Source: Microcoleaceae cyanobacterium
GTDB lineage: Bacteria; Cyanobacteriota; Cyanobacteriia; Cyanobacteriales; Microcoleaceae
Direction: 5' to 3'
DNA: 37,197 bases
Assembly: GCA_051652765.1 (NCBI GenBank)
Contig: JBOFUV010000032.1
Coordinates: forward strand, 1-37,197
The notes below the pieces were generated by a model. The model was not told the origin of the DNA. It searched no databases and was given only the letters and a program-made list of their open reading frames with translations. Of the stretch, positions 16,667 to 26,845 are shown one piece after another. The position numbers were made by a program, and so were the translations under genes. Each line of letters starts with the position of its first letter. Position 1 is the stretch's first letter.

Positions 16667-18796
16667 CTAGCATATCCATGCAACATTTTCTTTTGGCTTC
16701 TGATGCCAGATTAGGGTTTCTAGCATAAGAGCAGATTGTCCAAACGCAACTGTGTAAGGCGGATTTGAATAATCATCGGTGCGATCGCTCAAGCCATAGG
16801 CTTGAAAGTGCATTGGTAGTCCGAGCTTGCTTCGAAGTATTCCGCGATCACGATCTGACACAAAACAAACCATCCCCCGCTGACTCACTGCTCTCCTCAA
16901 TCGAGTTGGAATATCTGCACCCTCAATCTCCAGTTGCTTCAAAATCTGGACTCTGCCCAATTGTTTTACGGTGCTGAAATCATTCTGTGCATAGTAGAAG
17001 TACCAATTTTCTCGAACCTCTCGGTAATCTTTCAGTTTGAGATAGCATAAAGCGTCTTGGAAACGTTTTTGAGGTAATCCAGCCCCTTGAACTCGTTCCA
17101 AAAATTCATTTTTCTCCATCAAATCAAACACAAAATTGCTCAGAAGTCCCGGCAAATTGTAGGTCTTAAATCGTTCTGGTTCATGCTCTTTCGGATTTGT
17201 TGCATCGTACACCGCACAATCCAACTGGCTACTGCCTCGAAATGAACGTACTTCATCAATAATTTTGTGCTGCTTTTGCTGTAAACAATGATGAACCTGC
17301 CCCCGCCTCTTCGACATTTCAAACCGAAACACATTTTCCGTATCTGTCTTAAAGCCCTCGGCTGCATCGGGATAAGTTGCTTTCATGTGAGTTGAACACA
17401 GTTCATTCCATACACAGAAAGATTGCACACTCCCCCACCGTTTTGGATAATATTCAAACTGATTGGTAAAAGACCAGCTATCATAAACTGCTTGATTGAA
17501 ATAAACGCGATCAAATTCCTCGCTATCTTTCAAGATCTCTTCTTTGTCAAACAACCGGCTCACCAAAAAATTTGGAATTAATGCATACGCCTGATAGGGG
17601 CGAGGTAAAAAATCCGGATGCCTTCCTAATCGTCCAAAGCGTTGAATAAAGTTTCCTGCATCCGAGGCTTCAAATACAAGGAAATTAATCTTAAAGTCAA
17701 CACCAACATCAATTGTTGAGGTTCCAACTAATAAATCTGCTTGGGCAACTGACTGTGATCGCTCCGTTTCACCCGTTAGACTAGTATTCGTTAAAACCTT
17801 AAGATCATGCTGTTCAAATAAAGGTTTAAGTAATCCTGCCAACTTATAGACAGATGCAATTGAGTTGAGAATAATCGCCCCCTTACTACTAGGATGGTCG
17901 AGAAAGAACTTTAGAATAGTCTCTTCGGCGTTTTCCACTAACCATTGATAACTTGCCTTTGCATTCGGTTCTAATTCACTTGGAAAATTTAAAGTAATCG
18001 GCTGGCTAATTGATCGCCAGGTTGCAGTCTCCATAGTTGAGGAAAATCGATATTTGTCTTCAGCAACTGGATCAATTACCTGAAATCTTAAGTTGGCTTG
18101 GCGCAAGAAGTCTTGAAGCGCTTTATTTGGAGTCGCTGACAAAAATAGAAACTTTTTACCGGGCGAAGTGTGTTTCATCAATAAAATTGAGTTCATCACA
18201 CTCGCAATTTGCGGCGAAGAGAAAACATGAAACTCATCAAAAATAAACAGCTTGTATGCCTCATCAATTTTTCTGAAAAGCTTATCTGCGTTATCTCCTT
18301 TGTGTGGCTTCTTAGCACTACGTCTGAGATATCGAAATGAATGAATATAGTGAAAAATATCAGGATTTGTGAGCAATATTTCCGAATTATCTACACGATC
18401 GATAATTCCTTGCTGTTTAGAGGAAAGATTGTTAGTCTCAACAAAGTCCTCAAGTGTTGCACCTGTTAAACGATAGATCTGAGGCTCATACTTTGGCTGA
18501 AATTGATCTTTATAGTTACAAACTTGCCGTTCTTGATCCCGTGCTAATTCATTAGTTGGATACATGGCTAGGGTATAGCTCCGCCCTGTCATGGCTTTAA
18601 GATAAGCGGCCAAACTTTTGCCATCCCCTGTCATTGCAGTGTTAAACACCACATCAATGTTTGGATCGCTCAGAGCATTAAAGGTTTCAACCTGATGCCA
18701 GGAAAGTGTCCAACCTTCAGGCAAATTAACACCTTCAGAGGTTTCTTCCGCAGGGCACGAGTAAACAGGTTTGAGTGTGATGCTATATTCATTCAT
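16667..18796 (-). CDS. cas3: Type I-D helicase Cas3' (no HD domain)
   Basis: AMTGDGKS (Walker A), DEFH, SAT, TSTIDVGVDF and QRFGRLGRH. Confidence 0.93.
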   Translation of the reverse strand: MNEYSITLKPVYSCPAEETSEGVNLPEGWTLSWHQVETFNALSDPNIDVVFNTAMTGDGKSLAAYLKAMTGRSYTLAMYPTNELARDQERQVCNYKDQFQPKYEPQIYRLTGATLEDFVETNNLSSKQQGIIDRVDNSEILLTNPDIFHYIHSFRYLRRSAKKPHKGDNADKLFRKIDEAYKLFIFDEFHVFSSPQIASVMNSILLMKHTSPGKKFLFLSATPNKALQDFLRQANLRFQVIDPVAEDKYRFSSTMETATWRSISQPITLNFPSELEPNAKASYQWLVENAEETILKFFLDHPSSKGAIILNSIASVYKLAGLLKPLFEQHDLKVLTNTSLTGETERSQSVAQADLLVGTSTIDVGVDFKINFLVFEASDAGNFIQRFGRLGRHPDFLPRPYQAYALIPNFLVSRLFDKEEILKDSEEFDRVYFNQAVYDSWSFTNQFEYYPKRWGSVQSFCVWNELCSTHMKATYPDAAEGFKTDTENVFRFEMSKRRGQVHHCLQQKQHKIIDEVRSFRGSSQLDCAVYDATNPKEHEPERFKTYNLPGLLSNFVFDLMEKNEFLERVQGAGLPQKRFQDALCYLKLKDYREVRENWYFYYAQNDFSTVKQLGRVQILKQLEIEGADIPTRLRRAVSQRGMVCFVSDRDRGILRSKLGLPMHFQAYGLSDRTDDYSNPPYTVAFGQSALMLETLIWHQKPKENVAWIC

Positions 18797-18944
18797 GTCA
18801 TCAGAAGTTATGTGTCAATTGCTGAAACTTGAGAAATCTCAGAGAGTAACGAGGCAGTGTCCGTAAACTGTTGCATAAATTCATCATTACACCGAAAATA
18901 GAAGATGACAAGATCTCAAACAGACAAAGTATCCGTACAATTTA

Positions 18945-19856
18945 ATGAGCCAAAAAGGACGATCAATCACACTGTCGATTTCCGAACAGGACAAACAGGA
19001 ACTCGAAGCCCTTGCCCTGGAATTTGGCAAAACCTGGGGCGATCGCCCAAATATCTCCAAGCTAATCGAAGCGATCGCTCGGCGTAAACTGGTGATTGCG
19101 CCCAACCAGGGTTGGAGTGCAGAGCGAATTCAGGTGTTGAACCGCGCCAGAACAGCTCTAGTTGATATGGGTGAACTGCAAATGGCCCTGGCCATTACCG
19201 ACCTGTTGCTGGAGCGCAGTGAGCTGACCCTACCGTTGAGGAATGAATTAGAGCAATTCCTCGCCAGACCGATTGCCCCTTGGCGTTTGCAAATTGATCG
19301 CTATCTTCGCCAACAGCAACCCTTTCAACTTTCTTATCAAGACTCGGCAGAGCGAGTTTGGGAATTTACCATTCATTATGCTGAATTGGCTACCCACGAA
19401 GATCGGCAATATCTGGACTGTTGGTGTGAAGAAACTCAGGGCAATCAGGATTTACCCGAACTCCAACACAATTGGTGCTTGCGGCTAGATCGAATTCAAG
19501 ACGCAGCGCTCGTTTCAACATCGGGAGAGTGGCGACCCGGTTTAGCAACCATTGCAGTGGAATTGCACCTGTTCCGAGGATTGGCTTTTGCCTATCGGAG
19601 TAAAACGGCCCAAGATGAGGTAAATGAGTGGTATCCAGAGATCCCGAATGTGCGGCGGGTGGTTCGTAGAGTGTCCAATACATTTTGGTTGATTCGAGAA
19701 GTTTTGCGCTATGGACAAGACTGCGAAATCATTGCGCCAGAGGTAGTTCGGGAAAAGTTCAGGCAGGAAGTTGCTGTCATGTACCAACGTTACAATCCTG
19801 AGATCGTCAATCTCGAGGACAGTAACTCTATCAATAATGCGGATGAAAGGACTTGA
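18945..19856 (+). CDS. WYL-domain transcriptional regulator with N-terminal ribbon-helix-helix-like region, divergent from cas3
   Basis: SITLSISEQDKQELEALA N-terminus; YLDCWCEE, LRLDRI, REVLRYG. Typical I-D regulator position (Sll7009-like). Confidence 0.88.
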   Translation: MSQKGRSITLSISEQDKQELEALALEFGKTWGDRPNISKLIEAIARRKLVIAPNQGWSAERIQVLNRARTALVDMGELQMALAITDLLLERSELTLPLRNELEQFLARPIAPWRLQIDRYLRQQQPFQLSYQDSAERVWEFTIHYAELATHEDRQYLDCWCEETQGNQDLPELQHNWCLRLDRIQDAALVSTSGEWRPGLATIAVELHLFRGLAFAYRSKTAQDEVNEWYPEIPNVRRVVRRVSNTFWLIREVLRYGQDCEIIAPEVVREKFRQEVAVMYQRYNPEIVNLEDSNSINNADERT

Positions 19857-19919
19857 ACCTTCACTTCTTGCGAAACTAGAACCTAAATCTAGCGCGTCTA
19901 CCAATTCCGCCACATCCGC
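19838..19919 (-). tRNA. trnL: tRNA-Leu (anticodon UAG), CCA not encoded
   Basis: GCGGATG/CATCCGC acceptor stem, D-loop AATTGGTAGA, CTAGA-TTTAGGT-TCTAG anticodon arm, long variable arm, GGTTCAAGTCC T arm. Confidence 0.95.
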
Positions 19920-20001
19920 AGGCTACTCAGTCTTTAAGTATAGCAAAGTTTTTTGCGGATAGCGCTAGATATTTTGCCGAATTCACGCGAGGTCAGCAAA
20001 C

Positions 20002-21555
20002 TTATTCATCCTCTGCCCGAACGCCTTGAATAATGCGAGAGAGTTCATTTTTCTCGTTGACTGAAATTCGAGACGGAGAGCCACTGATAATTCGTTCGTA
20101 ATCTCGGAAAGAATCCGTAATGTGAGGCCCTTCAGCGGTAATGGTATACTCTCGAATCCCCTTGTCATGCCAAGATCCGCGCATTTTAAACACATTGAGG
20201 GCACGGGACATTTCTCCCCGAATCTCAACATATTGCAGCATCAAGATCGTGTCGGTAATGGTTGAAATATGGGAATCTGTGATGGAATGAGACCCCATAA
20301 ATTGATCGGTGGTGTTGGTAAAAAACCCCGTAATTTCTTCTTGCTTGGCATATCCAGTTACACCAATCACAAACTGTCGAAAGGCATTGTTGCTTACGCC
20401 CCGCGCCAAAGCAGACAGAGAATCAATCGCAATTCGGGCAGGCTTAAACTCGGAAATCTCTGATTTGATGATTTGCAAGTGATCTTCTAGTCCGGCTGAT
20501 TCGGGATAGGTACAGAGAATCTTGAGCCAGCCTTCCCGTTCCATTCCCTCAAAATCAATCCCCCAAGAGTTGGCATTGCGTAATAGTTGGGCTCGGGATT
20601 CTTCATAGGCAAACAAGATCGCCCGCTGATTATTTTTGCAGGCATCATCCAGGAAGGTACTGACCAGCAGGGTTTTCCCGGTTCCTGTCGCCCCCGTTGC
20701 CAAAATAATTGAATCCTTGAAAAATCCGCCCCCGCACATCGCATCAAGGGTTGCATTACCCGAAGACACCCGAGCATTAGAGGATCGTTGGGTAAGGCGC
20801 ATGGCTCCCAGGGGAAAGATACTAATGCCGTTATTGGTCATCGTAAAGGGGTATTCTCCTTTCATGTGAGTGGTTCCCCGGAGCTTGAGAATTTCCATTG
20901 TACGGCGGCGACGTTCCCCCTCCAGAACGTTGCGAACGATAATAACATTATCTGAAACGAATTCTTCAACTCCGAACCGGGCCACAGAGCCATATTCTGC
21001 CTCTCGCTCCGTTGTCATGATCGTTGTCACGCCGACTTGTTTGAGGCGAGCAACTAACCGAAAAATTTCACGTCTCACGACCCTAGCAGCATCGTACTGT
21101 TGAAAGACTGCCGTCACTGAATCAATAGAGACTCGCTTCGCTTTGTATTTGCGGATGGCGTACTGAATGCGTTCTAATAAGGCCGATAAATCAAAGTTCC
21201 CAACAATATCTTGACCCTCTGGATCAGGGGAAGCATCTAAAATAAATAGTTTTCCCTGATCAATTAACCCCTGTAAATCCCAGTTAAAACTAGAAGCATT
21301 TTTAATGATATCGCTGGGGGATTCTTCAAAGGTAACAAAAATTCCTGGTTCATCAAAATGGGTAATTCCGTTGTAGAGAAATTGAACTGCAAACAGGGTT
21401 TTTCCGGTTCCTGAAGTCCCACTCACTAACGTTGTTCTGCCTACGGGCATTCCACCATGACTAATGTCATCAAATCCCTCAATCATCGTGCGGATTTTCT
21501 GAACACCGATCATTTGGCGTTTGCTCTGTTGCTCGTCTTGACTCGTTTCACTCAT
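20002..21555 (-). CDS. kaiC: Circadian clock kinase/ATPase KaiC
   Basis: Two RecA-like domains (GTSGTGKT, GATGTGKT), phosphosite DSHISTIT and A-loop ERIISGSP. Confidence 0.98.
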   Translation of the reverse strand: MSETSQDEQQSKRQMIGVQKIRTMIEGFDDISHGGMPVGRTTLVSGTSGTGKTLFAVQFLYNGITHFDEPGIFVTFEESPSDIIKNASSFNWDLQGLIDQGKLFILDASPDPEGQDIVGNFDLSALLERIQYAIRKYKAKRVSIDSVTAVFQQYDAARVVRREIFRLVARLKQVGVTTIMTTEREAEYGSVARFGVEEFVSDNVIIVRNVLEGERRRRTMEILKLRGTTHMKGEYPFTMTNNGISIFPLGAMRLTQRSSNARVSSGNATLDAMCGGGFFKDSIILATGATGTGKTLLVSTFLDDACKNNQRAILFAYEESRAQLLRNANSWGIDFEGMEREGWLKILCTYPESAGLEDHLQIIKSEISEFKPARIAIDSLSALARGVSNNAFRQFVIGVTGYAKQEEITGFFTNTTDQFMGSHSITDSHISTITDTILMLQYVEIRGEMSRALNVFKMRGSWHDKGIREYTITAEGPHITDSFRDYERIISGSPSRISVNEKNELSRIIQGVRAEDE

Positions 21556-21677
21556 ATCTACTAGGGTTTCAGCAATTCACCATCACGGTTGCAGCTCAAC
21601 TCACCAAACTTTGCACTATTGCAGGCAATTCATGATTTGCATTTCTGGCAAGAAATTTACCACTGACGTTCTCACAG

Positions 21678-21738
21678 GTAATCCATAGTTTGCGTTCCCG
21701 CAAGTAATTCATAGTTTGTGTTCCCGCAAGTAATCCAT
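21678..21738. repeat. 26-bp tandem repeat (2 full copies plus partial) between kaiB and kaiC
   Basis: GTAATCCATAGTTTGCGTTCCCGCAA / GTAATTCATAGTTTGTGTTCCCGCAA / GTAATCCAT; unit contains the hairpin TTGCG-TTCC-CGCAA. Confidence 0.85.
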
Positions 21739-21753
21739 TATAAATTAAGACTG

Positions 21754-22083
21754 TTATAAATTTAGACTGTCCTGTAAGTCGAACTCATCATCACTCAGCT
21801 CCTCATACAAAAGGTCAAGGCCGATTAGAACTTTTTCCCGATCAGAAAGATCCCCAATAATTTTTCGTACAGGCGGAGGCAGAATTTTTGACAGGGTAGG
21901 AGTTGCCAGGATCTTGTCCTCCTCTGCTAACTGAGGATTTTTGAGTACATCAATCACTTTTAAGGCATAGACTCCTTGAAACTCTTGTTCCAAAATATCC
22001 TTGAGGGTTTTGAGAGCCCGCACTGAGTTCGAAGTATTGCCAGCAACATAGAGTTTGAGAACGTAGGTTTTTTGAGAATTCAT
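21754..22083 (-). CDS. kaiB: Circadian clock protein KaiB
   Basis: [31 protein letters not shown] and acidic tail. Confidence 0.98.
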   Translation of the reverse strand: MNSQKTYVLKLYVAGNTSNSVRALKTLKDILEQEFQGVYALKVIDVLKNPQLAEEDKILATPTLSKILPPPVRKIIGDLSDREKVLIGLDLLYEELSDDEFDLQDSLNL

Positions 22084-22163
22084 TAGAAATCGATGAATTT
22101 ATAAAGGTCAATATAAGGTTTAGGGACTGTCAGCATCACACCATTTCAACCTAGTTTTTTGAA

Positions 22164-22625
22164 CTAGTTAGGCGTTTGACCCATGGCTAAGATTTTGCTG
22201 GCAATTTCCGCTGACATTGGCATCACAGAAAGGCGATTTCCTCGCCGAACTAATAATAGATCATCGCAGGTAAATGCCTGTTTTAAACGAGCCAATGTAA
22301 TGATGTGGGGAAACTGTTCGACAAATTCCACTCGAACCGTTTGCCATCGGGGAGAGTCGGGAGTTGACTTAGAATCATAATACTGACTTTCAGGATCAAA
22401 TTGGGTCGGATCAGACAAATTCACGTCAATTACCCGCATCAAACCTACAATCCCTGGATATTTTGTATTGGAGTGATAGAAGAAAGCCAAATCTCCCAGA
22501 ATCATCCGCCGTAAAAAGTTACGGGCTTGATAGTTCCGCACCCCATCCCAAATTGAAGTGTGATTATTCTTCAAATCTTCAATACTGTATACATTCGGTT
22601 CCGATTTCATCAACCAATAATTCAT
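22164..22625 (-). CDS. EVE domain protein
   Basis: YWLMKSEP, WDGVRNYQARN, FFYHSN and RLSVMP. Confidence 0.93.
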   Translation of the reverse strand: MNYWLMKSEPNVYSIEDLKNNHTSIWDGVRNYQARNFLRRMILGDLAFFYHSNTKYPGIVGLMRVIDVNLSDPTQFDPESQYYDSKSTPDSPRWQTVRVEFVEQFPHIITLARLKQAFTCDDLLLVRRGNRLSVMPMSAEIASKILAMGQTPN

Positions 22626-22838
22626 CTCAATTTTGTCTCAATTTCATCTTAACTAAAAGTTTTAAACAAACTTTTAATTGGTTTTAATATTCAGTCCAGT
22701 TAATGAGTCTACAGTTAAAATTTGGACATCTGAGTTTACTACAGCGATCCTAAATCAATCATGAGAAAACTATAGAGGGGTTTGAGGACTTCGTCCCCAA
22801 GGAGGCGGCAGCGACTCCTCCACCTTGAACCTGATGAT

Positions 22839-25232
22839 CTAGAGCATATCTTTGCGTTTCTGAAGCATCCAAGTTATTCCTAAATAACACACTAAATGTA
22901 AGACTAACATCCCCCAATTGAGTCCTAGATTTTCCCAGGTTGAATCATACACAGCCGAAGGGTCTAGGGGCTGTTCTAAAGTTGTACCGTCTGGCAATTG
23001 AATCGGTTCAGGAATCAACTGATTCAAATCAACTAATGTACCGTAAGCTCCCATTGACCAACGACTCAGCATCAACCAAGAGAGCACACGACCCACCCCT
23101 TCCATTTTAAATAGCACCCCAGAAAAAATAATTTGAGGCAGCAAAATTAGAGGTAAAGCACTACTAGCTTGAGCATTATTTCTAGCTGCGGCAGAGAGCA
23201 TTAATCCCAAACCAATACAACTGATTAATGTAAAAAAAGTTGTTAGGCCGACTCCAATTGGCCAGGGAATCAATTGAGAGTTTGGCCATTTAAATCCAAC
23301 TAAAATCACCAGGGTAATCAGAATCGTCTGCAATCCAGCCAACCCAGAGAGAATACTGAACTTTGACCCCAGGTAAGACCAAATTCTTAAATTCACCAGT
23401 CGCTCTCGCAGGTAAATGACAGATTCCTTAATGATTTCCGTAAGTGAACCTGAGAGTCCAACCCAAAGAGCGGCGCAGGTAAACACAAATAAAACTTGTT
23501 TTGCCAGGGATGCCAATGAAACACTGGGTTCCCCAACAAACGGATCTTGATCTCGAATTGCTAATCGAATTAAGGTAATGCCAATTGGAGCAGTCAACAA
23601 ACTTAGAGATAAGTTAACTGGATCTCGACGGTTCAATTGAAAATATCGTTGACTTAAAATCAGAAATTGCTCCCAAAAAGAGGCTTGTTTTGGCGTTGGA
23701 GGAACGAGGGTTGTGAGTTGTAATTGTTCTCCAATACTGAGGTGATTTGCGACATAACGCCGAAAATAATCAGATCGTTGGAACTGAGTTGCCCAGGATT
23801 GAGCAACAGCCTCCCCTGCTTCTAATAAATTATAAATATCGGCAAAATCTTCGCTGTTGACTTGAAAAAATTCAAAGGCTTGAACCGGAGGGCCAAAGTA
23901 ACATAAGCGCCCGCCTCGCCCCAGAAAAACAATCCGATCGCACAATTGAATATTGGCTGTGGCGTGAGTCACTAAAATAACAGTTCGGCCCTGATCTGCA
24001 AGCTTTCTGAGCAATTTCATCATTTTTTTATCCAGGCCGGGATCGAGTCCAGAGGTTGGTTCATCCAGGAAAAAGAGTTTTGGATCAGTAAGCAATTCCA
24101 TCCCAATACTGACCCGTTTGCGTTGACCGCCGCTGAGGTCTTTCACTAGAACCTCTTGACGATCCAACATTTCAATTTCAAACAGGGTTTTCTGAACTAT
24201 TTCAGTAATTTCAACATCTGCAGGCAAACGCAGTTTTGCCGCGTAGGTCAGCACTTCAGCAACCGTCAAGTGAGTGTGAATGATGTCGTCTTGAGGAACA
24301 TAACCAATCTGACTGCGATAAAGGTTGAAGTTTTTGTTCAAACTCTCGCCATTAATATAAACTTTTCCTTTAGTAGTCGGATTGATTCCCAGTAACGTTC
24401 TCATCAGGGTTGATTTTCCAGCCCCACTCCCACCGACTAACGCCACAAATTGCCCCGGTTCAATGGCAAAGGACAAATCATTCAGTAAAACTTTGGCTTT
24501 TCCACCCTGGGTCTTCACGAGGAGTAACAACCGTTGCACATCCAGGCGAATTTGAGTTCCAGAATCAACGATTTCCAGAGTGCGATCACGGCGCATTAAG
24601 GTAAAAGGGCCAATCCGCAGGGTGGCCGGGTTCGGGAGCTGAATCAGGTGATGAACCCGTTGACGATTGACAACCACACCATGCACACTAGAATCCCGCA
24701 AAATATAGTCCCCTCGACCATTGGGTGCAATCGTGGCATGACGACGGGAGACCAAGGGCGAGTCTAGCCGCAGGGAAGCCTGGGGATCACGACCCAGCAA
24801 AATTAAGGAATCTCCCAAGACAATCGACTCGTTCAGTAGCAACCCTGAGGAGCCTGGATGTTCAGGATTAAAATAGCGCAGGCGGATCAGATTTTTGGGA
24901 TTTTGACCGATTTTGATCTCAATCCCGCTGTAGAGCAAATAGCCCGCGTCAACGGTGATCCGACTATGATTCAGAAACAAGCCGTTGGTACTCGGATGCT
25001 CCCCATCCCCATCAGAAATTAGGTAATGATCACCCGAACGACGCAGAACTGCTTGGGTACTGGAGATCACCTGCCAGCTCTCAGGCACAACAAAATCTGC
25101 ACAGATGCGATCACGCCCCAGAATATGTCGATTCTGGGTGAGGTCAAAATGCAGAATCTCTCCCTGATTATTCAACTCCAAATAAGGCCACGAACTAGAA
25201 GGTGTTCGCTTCCCCCCGGATGCTCCAGCCAT
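22839..25232 (-). CDS. FHA-FHA-ABC transporter ATPase/permease fusion
   Basis: Two FHA domains (GRD...STNG; GRD...SRRH), GGSGAGKS, LSGGQRKR, LDEPTSGLD and C-terminal ABC-2 membrane segments. Confidence 0.93.
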   Translation of the reverse strand: MAGASGGKRTPSSSWPYLELNNQGEILHFDLTQNRHILGRDRICADFVVPESWQVISSTQAVLRRSGDHYLISDGDGEHPSTNGLFLNHSRITVDAGYLLYSGIEIKIGQNPKNLIRLRYFNPEHPGSSGLLLNESIVLGDSLILLGRDPQASLRLDSPLVSRRHATIAPNGRGDYILRDSSVHGVVVNRQRVHHLIQLPNPATLRIGPFTLMRRDRTLEIVDSGTQIRLDVQRLLLLVKTQGGKAKVLLNDLSFAIEPGQFVALVGGSGAGKSTLMRTLLGINPTTKGKVYINGESLNKNFNLYRSQIGYVPQDDIIHTHLTVAEVLTYAAKLRLPADVEITEIVQKTLFEIEMLDRQEVLVKDLSGGQRKRVSIGMELLTDPKLFFLDEPTSGLDPGLDKKMMKLLRKLADQGRTVILVTHATANIQLCDRIVFLGRGGRLCYFGPPVQAFEFFQVNSEDFADIYNLLEAGEAVAQSWATQFQRSDYFRRYVANHLSIGEQLQLTTLVPPTPKQASFWEQFLILSQRYFQLNRRDPVNLSLSLLTAPIGITLIRLAIRDQDPFVGEPSVSLASLAKQVLFVFTCAALWVGLSGSLTEIIKESVIYLRERLVNLRIWSYLGSKFSILSGLAGLQTILITLVILVGFKWPNSQLIPWPIGVGLTTFFTLISCIGLGLMLSAAARNNAQASSALPLILLPQIIFSGVLFKMEGVGRVLSWLMLSRWSMGAYGTLVDLNQLIPEPIQLPDGTTLEQPLDPSAVYDSTWENLGLNWGMLVLHLVCYLGITWMLQKRKDML

Positions 25233-25628
25233 TAGATTCTTGAACGTTGTTTAGATGGTGTTAGCATATATGCAGTTAAACGATTTGTAAAAACCAAGCC
25301 CTAGAATCTTGTCGATCGATTAGCTGTTTGGCCTCTGACTAAGTTTTTGACTGGTTCTTGACTAGTTTTTGACTAGCTTTTGACTAAGTTCTGCCAGTCG
25401 TCCCTGGGCTAGAAACTGTAAAGTGTCTACGTTGAAAATTTGTCAGGCTAACCAGATTGCGATCGCAATTAACTTAACCTCAGAAGCAGTGATCGTACCG
25501 CTAGCTACAGACACTCAGGCCAGAGATTTGTAAAAATTAAAACTAAGATAACGACTCTATGCATGTGAAGCGCAAGTTTCACGACCAGTCCTCCCTTAAC
25601 TTCTACTCAATTACTTAGTGTAACAAAG

Positions 25629-25850
25629 ATGACAAACTCGACCTCAGCTTCCAAAAACACCTCAGCCCTGATGGCTGATTTACCAGAAGACTCTCAAATT
25701 TGGCAGAGCTTGAAGCAGGCGATCGCTACAAGTTCTGGATTTCAGCGATGGCAGCAGGAAAAGGAGCTGAAAGAATCCATCCGGTCTCTGAGCCTAGATC
25801 GTCAAGTTCAAATCTATCTTCGAGAAACGCTGGAAACCTTAGCCTATTAG
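25629..25850 (+). CDS. Small hypothetical protein (cyanobacterial-type)
   Basis: 73 aa with WQSLKQAIATSSGFQRW and YLRETLETLAY, a pattern I associate with a conserved small cyanobacterial family. Confidence 0.75.
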   Translation: MTNSTSASKNTSALMADLPEDSQIWQSLKQAIATSSGFQRWQQEKELKESIRSLSLDRQVQIYLRETLETLAY

Positions 25851-26152
25851 ACAGGGCTTATGATAAGGGACGTTTAGAACGTTGATTGTGCTTCCCCCCC
25901 CCCCTGAGGGGATATTTGAAAACTTTTACTGTTCGTAGAAAAACGATTTAGATCTCTCCAAACCCCTTGTTAAGGGGTTTTAGGTGCTAATGGTCTATTT
26001 TTCAAAGGGCTAGGAAAGGTCTGTATTGCTCCGCAGAAGCAAACTACGACCCAACCTATAAAGGCTTGTAGACAAAGGTTTGTAGACAAAGTTTGCTTTG
26101 ATCAATCACCAGGTTTTTGCTGGAAAAGAAAGGGTTTGCAAGAGGCAATGCA

Positions 26153-26542
26153 CTATGTTGGCAGACCTGAACTAAGCCAAGTTTGAATCAATCGATTCAT
26201 CAACGTTAGGGCTGCGGCCCCAATTATTGCACTCCAAACTCCCCAACGCAACCGAAAGCCATGTACCAACCCAGCGGCCAACCCAAAGACGATGACGTTA
26301 ATTGCAAATCGGATGATATCAACTTCTACTGCGGGATTAGCAAATTCAACGGCACCAGCTAGATTTGAGAGAATAGGCACAACGGTGACATTGAGCAGAC
26401 CAAATACAATTGATGACCATAGGGCTTTACCGAAGCTATCCACCTCAACTCCAGTAAATTCCTTCAGTTGAGCGATCACGAATAGGCTAATTGCAGTCAC
26501 CAGCCAAGCAATAACTAAGCCAATCAGTGCTTCTGAATTCAT
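26153..26542 (-). CDS. Four-TM membrane protein, phage holin family (YvlD-like)
   Basis: AWLVTAISL, GVEVDSFGKAL, GLLN and GFRLRWGVWSA; AGGAGG RBS. Confidence 0.8.
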   Translation of the reverse strand: MNSEALIGLVIAWLVTAISLFVIAQLKEFTGVEVDSFGKALWSSIVFGLLNVTVVPILSNLAGAVEFANPAVEVDIIRFAINVIVFGLAAGLVHGFRLRWGVWSAIIGAAALTLMNRLIQTWLSSGLPT

Positions 26543-26845
26543 CAATTGATGCCTCCTAATGTTCAGACTACGGGTCAGATCCGACTTACATGATTTCTCC
26601 TACACTGAAAGCGATCGCCGATACCACACAACCCACTCTTTTCTGAAGGTTCCTCTAGCAAACCCTTGAATATCTTTTGATATTGAGAGGTTCAGCAGAA
26701 ATTGTATTGGCCCGATCACCCAGTCAGTGGAGAAGCTACAGCAGCTACACTTTAGCAGTTACGCTTTAGCAGTCACGCTTTGATAATCACACCTTATAGT
26801 CTCATGTGTAGTGCCATATCCATCTGAAAACGGCACATTAGCTTT

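Noticed and set aside
6956..19919. Type I-D CRISPR-associated transposon at tRNA-Leu
   Set aside because: No tnsA/B/C or tniQ genes and no Tn7-like ends seen; cas3', the Cas10d HD motif and the adaptation genes are all present.
19542..19962. ORFs 19542-19913 (-) and 19771-19962 (+)
   Set aside because: Shadow frames of tRNA-Leu and the WYL gene.
21678..21738. kaiB-kaiC repeat as CRISPR
   Set aside because: Head-to-tail units with no spacers.
22164..22625. EVE gene as part of a modified-DNA defence module with the cas block
   Set aside because: Stand-alone EVE protein with no nuclease partner, separated from the cas genes by the tRNA and kaiBC.
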